64,000 nt of DNA from an uncultured Acidobacteriota bacterium (lineage in GTDB: Bacteria > Acidobacteriota > Thermoanaerobaculia > UBA5066 > Gp7-AA6), in contig CAVXOX010000008.1 of assembly GCA_963763535.1 (NCBI GenBank), positions 963,975 through 1,027,974 on the forward strand, read 5' to 3'. The notes beneath the pieces are model-generated. The model did no database searches and was not told the origin of the DNA. It saw only the letters and a program-made list of their open reading frames with translations. Position numbers and translations under genes: made by a program. Below, piece by piece: positions 37,583 to 47,638 of the stretch; within the stretch, counting starts at the first letter, position 1, and every line of letters starts with the position of its first letter.

Positions 37583-38030
37583 ATGCGGGATCGCGTCGCT
37601 GGGATCGCGGCCGTGACGCTTGCGCTCGTCGCCTGCGCGACGCCGCCGAAGCCGACCGCCGCGGCGAAGCGAATCGCGCAGAACCCGCCCGCGACCATCG
37701 AGGGGCGCGTGACGGACCCGGACGGCAAGCCCGTCGCCGGCATCGGCGTGCGCGGCATCCCGCGCGGCGAGGACATCCCGTGGTGGCCGGCGGCGGCGAC
37801 CGACTGCGACGGCCGCTTCCGCCTGAAGGTCGCGGCGCCCGCGGCGTACGCGTTCCTCCTCTCCTGGAAGAGCGTCGCGGTCATGACTCCCGAGGCCGAC
37901 GATCCCTCGACGACGGCGGTGCCGGTGCGGGCCGGGCTCGGCGGTCGACGGCGTGCATCTCGTCTTCGACGCCGCCGCCTGGCGGAAGGCCGACGCCGCC
38001 GACCCGCCGGACGACCCGTCGTGTCCATAG
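37583..38030 (+). CDS. Lipoprotein with carboxypeptidase-regulatory-like domain; probable frameshift near 37930
   Basis: Signal plus lipobox (LALVAC). IEGRVTDPDGKPVAGIGV... domain. The C-terminus (SAVDGVHLVFDAAAW...) is in another frame. Confidence 0.35.
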
Positions 38031-38283
38031 CCCGCACTCTTCACGAACGACTCCGGCCGCCGCTCGGATCTTTTCCGCCGAGGCGTCGTCATCGCTCCTC
38101 GCCGATGCCTCCCACATCGCCGTCGTCGCGCTTCCTCGCCTCGACAAAAATCTCTTTCGCGGACAAGCCACCCCTTCCTCGAGGAACCGAAGATCGTTCC
38201 GACGGAACGAACGGCCTGATTGCGTGCTCGGGTTTCGGCCGGGTGTTCGTGAAGAGTCCGGGCTGACCGTATAATTCCGCGCG

Positions 38284-38667
38284 ATGGCCGCGAATCCGAA
38301 GGCGGAACGGCGCCGCGTGCGCTGCGTGATCAACGGCAGGGAGATCGACGTCTGGGAGGGATACCGCCTCTGGGACGCCGCGCTCGACGCCGACGCACGG
38401 CTGTGGAAGTGGTGCGGGGGCGAGGGCCTCTGCGCGACGTGCGCGGTCGTGCCGGTCTCCGGCGGCGAGAATCTTTCAGCGCCGACGAAGACCGAGAAGT
38501 TCTCGCTCGCGCTCTGGTTCGCGAAGCCGCTCGCGCTCGTGCGGCGCCGGTGGAAGGGGCGTCCCGTGCGCCTCGCCTGTCAGTCCTACGTCCACGGACC
38601 GGTCGAGGTCGTGGGCGTCCTCGGCAGCGCCGGCAAGAGCGCGCGCGAAGCCGCGGGCATCGAGTAG
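38284..38667 (+). CDS. 2Fe-2S ferredoxin-like protein
   Basis: CGGEGLCATCAV cluster motif plus a distal Cys (LACQSY). Confidence 0.5.
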   Translation: MAANPKAERRRVRCVINGREIDVWEGYRLWDAALDADARLWKWCGGEGLCATCAVVPVSGGENLSAPTKTEKFSLALWFAKPLALVRRRWKGRPVRLACQSYVHGPVEVVGVLGSAGKSAREAAGIE

Positions 38668-38680
38668 CCGGGGCGCGAGA

Positions 38681-39664
38681 ATGAAGCGGCTCGCTCGCCG
38701 GGCCGCCGCCGTGGGCGGCGCGGCCGCCGCGGCCTACGTCGGCGGGTCGTATCTGCTCGCGCGAGTCGTCGCGCGGCGGCTCATCTCCCCAACCGGCTTC
38801 GGGCCGGCGCCGGCGCGGCACGAAGACCTCCTCGCCGCGCTGGAATCGAGCGCGACGGTGGTCGCGAACCTGAAGCACCGCGGCAGCGCGCGCCTCCCCG
38901 TCGAGCTCTCGGCCACCTTCGCATCGCCGGGCGAGCCCGAGACGCGGCCGACCATCATCTTTCTCCACGGCAAGGGCGGCGACGCGAGCGAGTGGGAATC
39001 CGACGCGCTCCGCGCGCTGCGTCTCGGCTACAACGTCCTGCTGCCCGACCTGCGCGGCCACGGCCGCAGCGGCGGGACGTTCTTCACCCTCGGCTTTCTC
39101 GAGAAGGAGGACCTCGCGCTGACGGTCGCCGCGGCGCGGGACGGCTTCGGCGTCGATCCGGAGCGTCTCGGCATCCACTCCTGCTCGGCGGGATCGTCGG
39201 TGGCGCTCGAGTTCGCGGCCCATCGATCGGGTGTGCGCGCGATCTGGCTCGAGTCGCCGTTCGCGAGGCCCCGCGAGATGGCGCGGCACTACCTCTCGCG
39301 CGCGACCCGCCTGCCGCGCTGGCTCCTCGGCCTGACCTCCCACTGGGCGATCGCCCGTTCGCTGGCGGAGATCCGCGAGGCGCTCGGCGTCCCGCCCGGA
39401 GAGGCGGGCGGGCTCGACGCCGTGGACCCGATTCGCACCGCCACGCGGGTGACGGCGGCGGTACTGCTCGTGCACGGCGACGAGGACCGCATGGTGCCGC
39501 CGCGCTTCAACCACGAGCTCGCCGCGGTCCTTCCGCCGCGCAGCGCGATCTGGAACGTCGCGGGCGCCGGCCACTGCCATCACCCGGACGAGCCCGCCGT
39601 GGCGGCGAAGATCGCCTATGCGAAGAGGTGGCAGGAGTTCTTCACGACTTACCTGCCGGTGTAG
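38681..39664 (+). CDS. Alpha/beta-hydrolase fold protein (S9/dienelactone-hydrolase-like)
   Basis: Nucleophile elbow HSCSAGS, Asp (HGDEDRMV), His (AGHCHH); N-terminal TM/signal. Confidence 0.7.
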   Translation: MKRLARRAAAVGGAAAAAYVGGSYLLARVVARRLISPTGFGPAPARHEDLLAALESSATVVANLKHRGSARLPVELSATFASPGEPETRPTIIFLHGKGGDASEWESDALRALRLGYNVLLPDLRGHGRSGGTFFTLGFLEKEDLALTVAAARDGFGVDPERLGIHSCSAGSSVALEFAAHRSGVRAIWLESPFARPREMARHYLSRATRLPRWLLGLTSHWAIARSLAEIREALGVPPGEAGGLDAVDPIRTATRVTAAVLLVHGDEDRMVPPRFNHELAAVLPPRSAIWNVAGAGHCHHPDEPAVAAKIAYAKRWQEFFTTYLPV

Positions 39665-40869
39665 ACCGATTCCGCCTCACATCGACCGTTCTGCCCTTCA
39701 GCTGTCCGCACGCCGCTGACGCATCCGGTCCCTTGCTGCGCCGCACCGTGACGGTCACGTGCGCGTCGGCGAGGCGGCCGACGAAGCGGTCGATCACGTC
39801 CTCGGAGGGCCGCCGCAATTCCGGCAGGTAGGTCGGGTCCTCGTTCAACGGGATCACGTTGACCTTCACCGGGAGACCGCGCAGCAGGCGGGCGAGGCGG
39901 ACCGCGTCCTCCTCGCGATCGTTGACGCCGGCGATCAGGACGTACTCGACGAGGATCCGGCGCCGCGGCTCCAGCGGCCACGCGCGCATCGCGGCGAGGA
40001 GTCCCTCGAGCGGATAGGTCTTCGTGATCGGCATCAGCTTCTCGCGCGTCGCCTGGTCGGCGGCGTTCAGCGACACCGCGAGATTCGGGCGCCGCGGGAG
40101 CGCCGCGAACGTCGCGAACGCGGGCGTGATGCCGGAGGTCGACACGGTGACGCGGCGCGGCGGCACGAGCTCGAACAGGATCTCGAGCGCCGGGATCACG
40201 CCGTCGGGATCGAGGAACGGCTCCCCCATGCCCATGAAGACGACGCGCAGGCCGTCGAGGCCGCGCCGGGTCTCGACGAGAACGGCGCGGAGCTGCGCCA
40301 GGATCTCGCCGGCGGTGAGGTTCCGTCCGCCGCCGAGCCGACCGGTCACGCAGAAGACGCAGTCGACGGCGCAGCCGGTCTGCGAGGAGAGGCAGATCGT
40401 GAAGCGCGGGACGGGACTCATCCTTGTGCATCCCGAGGGCCGGCGGCCCGAGGGATCCCTTTCTGCGCCGCACTGTGACTCGGAAAGGGATCCCTCGCTA
40501 CGCTCGGGATGACGAGAGGGCGCCGGCCTCCCGCCTCGCGTCCTCGAACTCGTTCGCGGACGAGCGGGCCGCGTCGCCGGGCATGAACACCGCCTCGATG
40601 AGTGCGCCGTCGGTGAGCCGCAGGCCGAACTTGACGCTCCCGTCCGCCGAGGCGTCGCGGCGGACCACCTCGGGCAGGCGCAGCGGCATGGCCTCGGCGA
40701 GCCGCTCGCGCAGCGCGGCCGGCAGCTCCTTCATCGCGGCGTAGTCGGTGGTGCCGCGGCGATGGATCGCGTCGAACAGCTGGCGTCCGCGGTAGCGCGG
40801 GAGTCCCGACTCCACGGCGAACGCCTCCCACGCGGAGGGAGTGAGACCGAAGGGATCGCGCTCGCCCAT
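39642..40869 (-). pseudogene. rlmN: 23S rRNA/tRNA methyltransferase RlmN (radical SAM) interrupted by a MITE-like insertion
   Basis: N-terminal fragment (ORF 40498..40869) ends ...LTDGALIEAVFMPG then reads into the element to a stop. C-terminal fragment (39642..40421) begins ...PRFTICLSSQTGCAVDCVFCVTG (the CxxxCxxC cluster) in a different frame. The element lies exactly between the conserved FMP and T(L/I)C(V/L)SSQ motifs. Confidence 0.7.
40428..40513. mobile_element. MITE-like double-palindrome element, copy D, inside rlmN
   Basis: gcatcccgagggccggcggcccgagggatccctttctgcgccgcactgtgactcggaaagggatccctcgctacgctcgggatgac. Shares the gcagccgcactg(a/t)gac internal segment with copy C. Confidence 0.65.
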
Positions 40870-40899
40870 GACGGGCGAGTCTATGCCGCTGCGCCGCGG

Positions 40900-41304
40900 C
40901 TACTTCGCCGGCTTGCGCGCGGCGGGGGCCTTGCGGTTGCGGACCTTGCGGGTGGGGTCGATCCCGAGCGACTTCAGGAGGCGCAGATCCTTGAGATTGA
41001 TCCGGAACGCGGCGCGCCCGGATTCGCCGGCGCCCTCGTCGGTCTCGACGGCGGCGAGGGTCGCGCGCCGCGACCGGCTGCGGCCCTCCCGCTTGTTCAC
41101 GCCGACCTTCGCGTCGAGAACCATGTAGAGGTTATAGCCCTCGTCGCGGATTTTCTGGATCGAGTCGTGGACGCGGCCCGAGCCGGAGATCGATTCGTTG
41201 ATCGCCTGACCGAGCTCCTTCAACATCGCGCGGAGATGATCCGAGAGTTCCATGTCCGCGGCGATTATCGCTCTCTCGTTGCGAGAATCAAGGATCTTTC
41301 CCAC
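40900..41304 (-). CDS. Hypothetical conserved protein (134 aa, basic C-tail)
   Basis: Complex composition (MGKILDSRNERAIIAADMELSDHLRAMLKELGQ...). No domain recognised. Confidence 0.4.
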   Translation of the reverse strand: MGKILDSRNERAIIAADMELSDHLRAMLKELGQAINESISGSGRVHDSIQKIRDEGYNLYMVLDAKVGVNKREGRSRSRRATLAAVETDEGAGESGRAAFRINLKDLRLLKSLGIDPTRKVRNRKAPAARKPAK

Positions 41305-41395
41305 GCGAAAAAAGTGCTATCCTTTCGTGCCTCCTCGAAACCGCCGCGCGTGTGCGCGCGACCCCCTTCACCCCGTCCGAAGATAAGCTCTTCGC

Positions 41396-42544
41396 ATGTT
41401 CTCGCGGCTCGCGCATCTCTCGTGCACGCGCTGCGGCGCGACGTACGAGCGCGACCGACGCGTGAACGTCTGCGCGCAGTGCGGCGGCGCGCTCTTTCCG
41501 CGCTACCACGCCGTCGCGCTCGACCGCGACGCGGTCGCCGGACGCGCGCGCTCGATCTGGCGCTGGCACGAGCTGATGCCGGTCGAAGAACCGGAGAACA
41601 TCGTCACGCTCGGCGAGGGCGGCACGCCGCTGCTTCGCGCGGACCGCCTCGGCGCGCGGTTCGGGTTCTCGCGATCTTCGCATCAAGGACGAGTCGGGCA
41701 ACCCGACGGGCTCGTTCAAGGCGCGCGGCCTCTCCGCCGCCGTGTCGAAGGCGAAGGAGCTCGGCCACTCGAAGATCGCGCTCCCGACGGCGGGCAACGC
41801 GGGCGGCGCCGCGGCCGCGTACGCGGCGAAGGCGGGCATGGAGTGCCACGTCTTCATGCCCGCGGACACGCCGCCGGTCTTCCGCGATCGAGTGCGAGCG
41901 CTACGGCGCGAAGGTGACGCTCGTCGACGGCCTCATCGACGACTGCGGCCGGATCGTCGCCGCAAACGCGGCGAAGGAGGGCTGGCACGACGTCTCGACC
42001 CTGAAGGAGCCGTTCCGCGTCGAGGGCAAGAAGACGATGGGCTACGAGCTCGCCGAGGACCTCGGCTGGACGCTCCCGGACGCGGTCCTCTACCCCACCG
42101 GTGGCGGCACGGGCCTGATCGGCATGTGGAAGGCGTTCGACGAGATGGAGGAGCTCGGCTGGATCGGCCCGCGGCGGCCGCGGATGTTCGCGATTCAGGC
42201 CGAGGGCTGCGCGCCGATCCCGAAGGCGTTCGCGGAGGGCAAGGACGTCTCCGAGAAGTTCCCGAACGCGCGGACGTACGCCTCGGGGCTGCGCGTGCCG
42301 AAGGCCTTCGCCGATTACCTCATCCTGAAGGACGTCCGCGAGTCCGGCGGCTCGGCGGTCACCGTCACCGACGACGAGATGCGCCGCGCGTGCGACGAGA
42401 TCGGCGCGTGCGAGGGCCTCTTCGTGGCGCCGGAGGGCGGCGCCGTCTGGGCCGCGGCGAAGAACCTGCTGCGCGCAGGGGCTGCTCGACGCGAACGAGC
42501 GAATCGTGCTGTTCAACACCGGGAGCGGCTTCAAGTACCTCTGA
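41396..42544 (+). CDS. thrC: Threonine synthase; about four apparent frameshifts
   Basis: N-terminal Zn-ribbon-like CTRCG...CAQCGG, PLP lysine (NPTGSFKARG), and the remainder of the fold (GNAGGAAAAYAAKAGMECHVFMP; IECERYGAKVTLVDG...; ...LLDANERIVLFNTGSGFKYL*) spread over three frames. One shift is an extra G in a gggg run near 42480. Confidence 0.7.
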
Positions 42545-42596
42545 GCACTGCGGTCCAGCTGCCATAATCGATCCGAACATCGGCAGGAGGCGCTTG

Positions 42597-44601
42597 ATGA
42601 GAGCCGTTCGCGAGGCGGTCGGACTTCTTCTCGGCGTTCTGTTCTGTGCTCCGGTCTTCGCCACCGATCTCGTGATCGGCCACGTTCGCGTCAGGGAAAC
42701 TTCATGGGAACCGACGCGGCGGGAGCTGCGGCGATCGGAAACTTCGCGGGCGTCACGATCACCGGCGGAACGTCGATCGACCTCGTCGGAGACGCCGATC
42801 CGGCGGCGCGCAACCTGATCTCGGGCAACATCGTCGGAATTCGAGGTGACCGGGACCGGGTCCGCGAAAATCCTCGGGAACCTGATGGGCATCGACGCCA
42901 GCGGCTCCACCGCCGTCGGGAACGTCACGGGGATCTATCTCTCCGGCTCCTCGAACAACCAGGTCGGCGGCCCGGACCTCGGCGACGCGAACGTCGTCTC
43001 CGGGAACGGCAGCGAAGGGATCGACCTCGACGGCTGAGCAGGTGTCCTCTCCCAAGGCGAGTACCTGCTCGGGACCGAGAGACCGGCGAAGGCGAGGTCC
43101 TCCGCCGGGAGAGCGCGTTCCGGCAGGGCCCGAGAACTTTACCGGGCGACGAAGATCCTCGGGCGACGTCGGCCCCGGGATCGAGCTCAACTACGGCTCG
43201 CTCAAGCACGCATCGTCCAGGACGCGATCAACTCGAACATGATCGGGGCCGCCTTATGGCACCTCTCCGATTCCCAACGGCGGAGCGGGGATCCGCATCG
43301 ACGGCGGCGACTCGCTCCGGATCTTCGGCAACGGGATTTTCTTCAATCCCGTGGGCATCTGGAGGCTCGCGCCCGTGAGCTTCGCGAGCGTCGTCGTCAC
43401 GCAGAACTCCTTCCACGGCAACCACGGCCTCGCGATCGTCCTCGGCCCGGCGGCTGCGATCTCGCCGAACTCGCCCGGCAGCCCGTTCAACTTCCCCTTC
43501 GTGACCTCGGTCACGACCGACGGGACGTCGACGACCTTCGGCGGCCTTTATGCGGGGCCGCCGAACAGAACGTCAGGATCGAGCGCCGAGACCCTGAAGG
43601 CTCCCACGAGCAGTCCGGAACGGCGAAGGCCTGACGTGGTTAGACTCAGTCACGTCATGTCCGCCGGACCGGAAGTCTGGCGTTCGAAGACACGAGTGTT
43701 CGGAGACCTGACGGCGGAGCGGATCGCGGCGACGGCGACGACCGTCCTCGTCCCGCTCGCCCCCGAGGGCGGCAGCCTCCCCACCATCGAAACCTCCGAG
43801 TTCTCGCAGCGCCTGCCGTTCTCGATCGTGCCGCGCTCGGGGCCCGGTGCCGGGGGAAATCCGGTGACGGTCGCGGGCACGAGTTTCGACCCCGCCGCGA
43901 TCTTGAAGATCGGCGGAGCGGCCGCGGGAAGCGTGATCGTGTCGAACGCTGGCCAGATTACGGCGACGACGCCCGCCCTCGCGCCCGGCGCCGCCTACGA
44001 CGTGTCCGTGACCAATCCCGACCTCACCCGAGGCACGATCGCGCTCGGCTTCGTCGCCGACTTCCTCGACGTCCCGCCGTCCAATACGTTCACGACTACG
44101 TGACGTCGCTCGCGGCCAACGGCATCACGGGCGGCGTCGGCGGAGGCAACTACGGCGTTTCTCTCTCCGTCCTGCGCCAGCAGATGGCCGTCTTCCTGCT
44201 CAAGGCCCGCACGGCCTGTGCTACGTCCCGCCCGCCTGCACCGGCGTCTTCCCCGACGTGCCCTGCCCGTCCACCTTCGCCGACTGGATCGAGGCCCTCG
44301 CAGCCGAGGGCATCACCGGCGGCTGCGGCGGCGGCAGCTACTGCCCGCAGAACCCCGTCCGACGCGACCAGATGGCCGTCTTCCTTCTGAAGGCCGAGCA
44401 CGGCTCGGGCTACACGCCTCCCGCCTTGCACCGGCGTCTTCCCCGACGTCCCGTGCTCCTCGCCGTTCGCGCCCTGGATCGAGCAGCTCGCCGCCGAGAA
44501 CATCACCGGCGGCTGCGGCGGCGGCAACTACTGCCCCGGCAACGACAACACGCAGGGGACAAATGGCCGTCTTCGTCGTCAAAACATTCGGCCTGCAGTA
44601 G
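42597..44601 (+). pseudogene. Decayed remnant of the CSLREA/beta-helix/IPT/SLH-like paralog family
   Basis: ATG at 42597 with an AGGAGG RBS and signal peptide. Beta-helix-like GN.IG segments. An IPT-like block ([32 protein letters not shown]...). C-terminal repeat fragments ([67 protein letters not shown]). All are scattered over three frames, and large sections are missing relative to the intact 740-aa paralogs. Confidence 0.55.
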
Positions 44602-44642
44602 CGCAGGTACGGGCGACCCGCCGGGAGGCCCCGTCCATAGAA

Positions 44643-47249
44643 TTGCCGGTTCCATGCGCTACGCATCCCTGCGCCCCCGGCTCGATCCGCTCCTCCCGCA
44701 CGGTGGAGAAGCCCGGCCGCTACGTCGGGCTCGAGCGAAACCTCGTCCGCAAGGACCTCTCGAAGGCGACGGTCACGCTCGCGCTCGCCTTCCCCGACAC
44801 GTACGAGATCGGGATGAGCCACACGGGGCTGAAGATCCTCTACGAGCTCGTCAACCGCCGGGAGGACTTCGCCTGCGAGCGCGTGTACGCGCCGTGGGTG
44901 GACCTCGAGGCGAAGATGCGCGAGGCCGGAATCCCGCTCTTCTCGACGGAGTCGTTCGCGCCGGCCGCCGACTTCGACGTGCTCGGCTTCTCGCTCCAGG
45001 CGGAGCTGAACTACTCGAACATCCTCAACATGCTCGACCTCGCCGGGCTCCCGGTCTGGCAGCGCGAGCGCCGCGAGACCGACCCGATCGTCCTCGGCGG
45101 CGGGCCGTGCACGGCGAACCCGGAGCCGATCGCCGACTTCTTCGACGCCTTCCTCGTCGGCGACGCCGAGGAAGCGCTGCCGGTCTTCCTCGACGCGTAC
45201 CGGGACGCCCGCGCGCGCGGCCTCTCGCGCCGGGAGCTCCTCGTCCATCTCGCCGCGATCGACGGCATCTACGTGCCGTCGCTCTACGACGTGACGTACC
45301 GCGAGGACGGCCGCATCGCCGCGATCGAGCGCAACGATCCGCGCGCGCCCGAGCGCGCGAAGCGCACCTGGGTCCCCGTGCTCAAGCCCGAGTACTACCC
45401 CGAGAAGCCGATGGTGCCGTCGGTCGAGATCGTGCAGGACCGCCTCGGCCTCGAGGTCATGCGCGGCTGTACGCAGGGCTGCCGGTTCTGCCAGGCCGGC
45501 TACTGGTACCGGCCGGTGCGCGAGCTCGACGCCGGCGACGTCGCCGAGATGACGAAGAAGTTCATCGCCGACTCCGGCTGGAGCGAAGTCGGGCTGCTCT
45601 CGCTCTCGACGGCGGACTACTCGCAGATCGAGCCGCTCGTGAAGTGCCTCGCGCCGCAGCTCTCCGACCGGCGCGTCTCGATCTCGCTGCCGTCGCTGCG
45701 CGCCGAGGCCTTCTCGGTCGGCCTCGCCGACGCGGTCTCCGAGGTGCGCAAGTCCGGCTTCACCTTCGCGCCGGAGACGGGCTCGGACCGCCTGCGCCGC
45801 GTCATCAACAAGACGTTCACCAACGCCGACATGATCGCGGCCGCCGACGTCGCGTTCGCGCGCGGCTGGGACCTGATCAAGGTCTACACCATGATCGGTC
45901 TGCCGACGGAGACGAGGGAGGACCTCGACGAGCTCGTCGCGCTGGTCCAGGGCATCCTCGCGCAGGGGCGCCGGCACGGGCGCAAGAACGTCAACGTCTC
46001 GGTCGGCTCCTTCGTGCCGAAGTCGTGGACGCCGTTCCAGTGGGCGCCGTTCGACGGCGTCGAGACGCTCGAGAAGAAGCTCGGGTACCTGAAGGATCGG
46101 TTCCGCTCCGTGCGCGGCGCGAAGATGAAGTGGCACGAGCCGCGCGAGGCCGAGATCGAGTGCGTCCTCTCCCGCGGCGACCGGCGCGCCGGGCGGATCC
46201 TGCACACGGCATGGAAGTCGGGCGTGCGGTTCGACGGCTGGACCGAGCACTTCCGCCACGACCTCTGGATGAAGGCGTTCGAGGCCGAGGGAATCCCGAA
46301 GGAGACGTACCTCCGCGCCTACGACCTCGACGAGATCCTGCCGTGGGACGTCCTCGACGTGTCGATCAAGAAGCGCTGGCTCCAGATCGAGCTGATCAAG
46401 GCGAAGAAGGAGATGCGGACCGAGGACTGCAAGTGGGGCCACTGCTACGCCTGCGGCGTGCCCGGCAACGGCGAGGACACGGTGCTCGCGACCGCGATGC
46501 CGGGAACGCTCCCGAGCTTCGACGCCGCGACGGCACCGGCGAGCGATCCCGCCGCGTATCGCGACGTCGCCAAGGGCGCCGCGTACCGGCAGAAGGCGAT
46601 GCCCGAGCTTCCCTCCGCCTCGCGCCGAGCGACGCAGGGCGACCGCGTCTTCCGGCACCGCGTCACCTTCTCGAAGACCGGCGACGCGCGCTTCCTCTCG
46701 CACCGCAACACCATGGACGTCCTCGAGCGCGCGATCCGCGCGGCCGGGCTGCCCGCGCGCTACTCCGAAGGCTTCAACCCGCACATGAAGCTCTCGATGG
46801 GGCCGGCGCTCGCGCTCGGCCTCGAGAGCCACGAGGAGATCTTCGACGTCGAGGGGATCGCGCCGTTCTCCGCCGACGCGGCCGCCCGGATCTGCGGGAA
46901 GCTGCCGACGGGTCTGGAGGTCCTCGACGTGCGGGCGCTTCCCCCGGGCGAGCCGTCGCTCGCGAAGGCCGTGAAGGCGGCGCGCTACGCGGTGCGCCTC
47001 GACTCCGAGGAGCACCTCCGCCGCGCGGGCGACGCGCTCGCGGGCGGCTGGCGCGACGCGCTTCCGGCGCTCCGCGCGATGTCGCTCGAGGCGGACGGCG
47101 CCGCGACGCGTCTCCGCTTCGAGGTCAACCTCGATCAGGCGGCGGGCGAGACCGCGACCGCGAAGAAGGTCCTCGAGGGACTTCTCGCGATTCCTCCGGC
47201 CGAGCAGGCGGGGATGTCGGTCGTGCGGGAAGCCACCGTGCTCGGATGA
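44643..47249 (+). CDS. Radical SAM protein, fusion of TIGR03960-like (B12-binding-like + radical SAM) and TIGR03936-like (DUF2344) modules
   Basis: CxxxCxxC = CTQGCRFC. The C-terminal TFSKTGDARFLSHRNTMDVLERAIRAAGLP...YSEGFNPHMKLS matches the radical-SAM-linked protein family. The start is ambiguous: TTG at 44643, GTG at 44703, or ATG at 44654 one frame off. Confidence 0.75.
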   Translation: MPVPCATHPCAPGSIRSSRTVEKPGRYVGLERNLVRKDLSKATVTLALAFPDTYEIGMSHTGLKILYELVNRREDFACERVYAPWVDLEAKMREAGIPLFSTESFAPAADFDVLGFSLQAELNYSNILNMLDLAGLPVWQRERRETDPIVLGGGPCTANPEPIADFFDAFLVGDAEEALPVFLDAYRDARARGLSRRELLVHLAAIDGIYVPSLYDVTYREDGRIAAIERNDPRAPERAKRTWVPVLKPEYYPEKPMVPSVEIVQDRLGLEVMRGCTQGCRFCQAGYWYRPVRELDAGDVAEMTKKFIADSGWSEVGLLSLSTADYSQIEPLVKCLAPQLSDRRVSISLPSLRAEAFSVGLADAVSEVRKSGFTFAPETGSDRLRRVINKTFTNADMIAAADVAFARGWDLIKVYTMIGLPTETREDLDELVALVQGILAQGRRHGRKNVNVSVGSFVPKSWTPFQWAPFDGVETLEKKLGYLKDRFRSVRGAKMKWHEPREAEIECVLSRGDRRAGRILHTAWKSGVRFDGWTEHFRHDLWMKAFEAEGIPKETYLRAYDLDEILPWDVLDVSIKKRWLQIELIKAKKEMRTEDCKWGHCYACGVPGNGEDTVLATAMPGTLPSFDAATAPASDPAAYRDVAKGAAYRQKAMPELPSASRRATQGDRVFRHRVTFSKTGDARFLSHRNTMDVLERAIRAAGLPARYSEGFNPHMKLSMGPALALGLESHEEIFDVEGIAPFSADAAARICGKLPTGLEVLDVRALPPGEPSLAKAVKAARYAVRLDSEEHLRRAGDALAGGWRDALPALRAMSLEADGAATRLRFEVNLDQAAGETATAKKVLEGLLAIPPAEQAGMSVVREATVLG

Positions 47250-47626
47250 CGTATCGCGTCACGGTCTCGGCGAGGTTCGAGGCCGCGCACAACCTCATCG
47301 ACTACGAGGGCGGACCCGAGCCGCTCCACGGCCACTCATACCTCGTCGAGGCGGTCCTCGAGGCGCCGAAGCTCCAGCGCTACGACGTCGCCGTCGACTT
47401 CGTGCCGGCGAAGAAGGCGCTCGAGGCCGTCGCGAAAGAGCTCGACTACGGCTACGTCAACGAGCATCCCGCCTTCCGCGGCCGCAACACCTCCGCCGAG
47501 AATCTCGCGCTCTTCTTCGCCGAGCGCCTCGAGGCGTCGGGCGCGCTCGGGTGGGCGCGCGTCGCGGAAGTGACCGTCTGGGAAGGGCCGCAGAACCGCG
47601 CGACCTACCGGCCCCCGCAAACGTAA
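47246..47626 (+). CDS. 6-pyruvoyl-tetrahydropterin synthase / QueD-family protein
   Basis: ATG overlaps the rSAM stop (ATGA). QueD/PTPS motifs (RFEAAHNL, PLHGHSY, C-terminal E..V.E). 126 aa. Confidence 0.75.
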   Translation: MTYRVTVSARFEAAHNLIDYEGGPEPLHGHSYLVEAVLEAPKLQRYDVAVDFVPAKKALEAVAKELDYGYVNEHPAFRGRNTSAENLALFFAERLEASGALGWARVAEVTVWEGPQNRATYRPPQT

Positions 47627-47638
47627 GATCCGGCGCCG

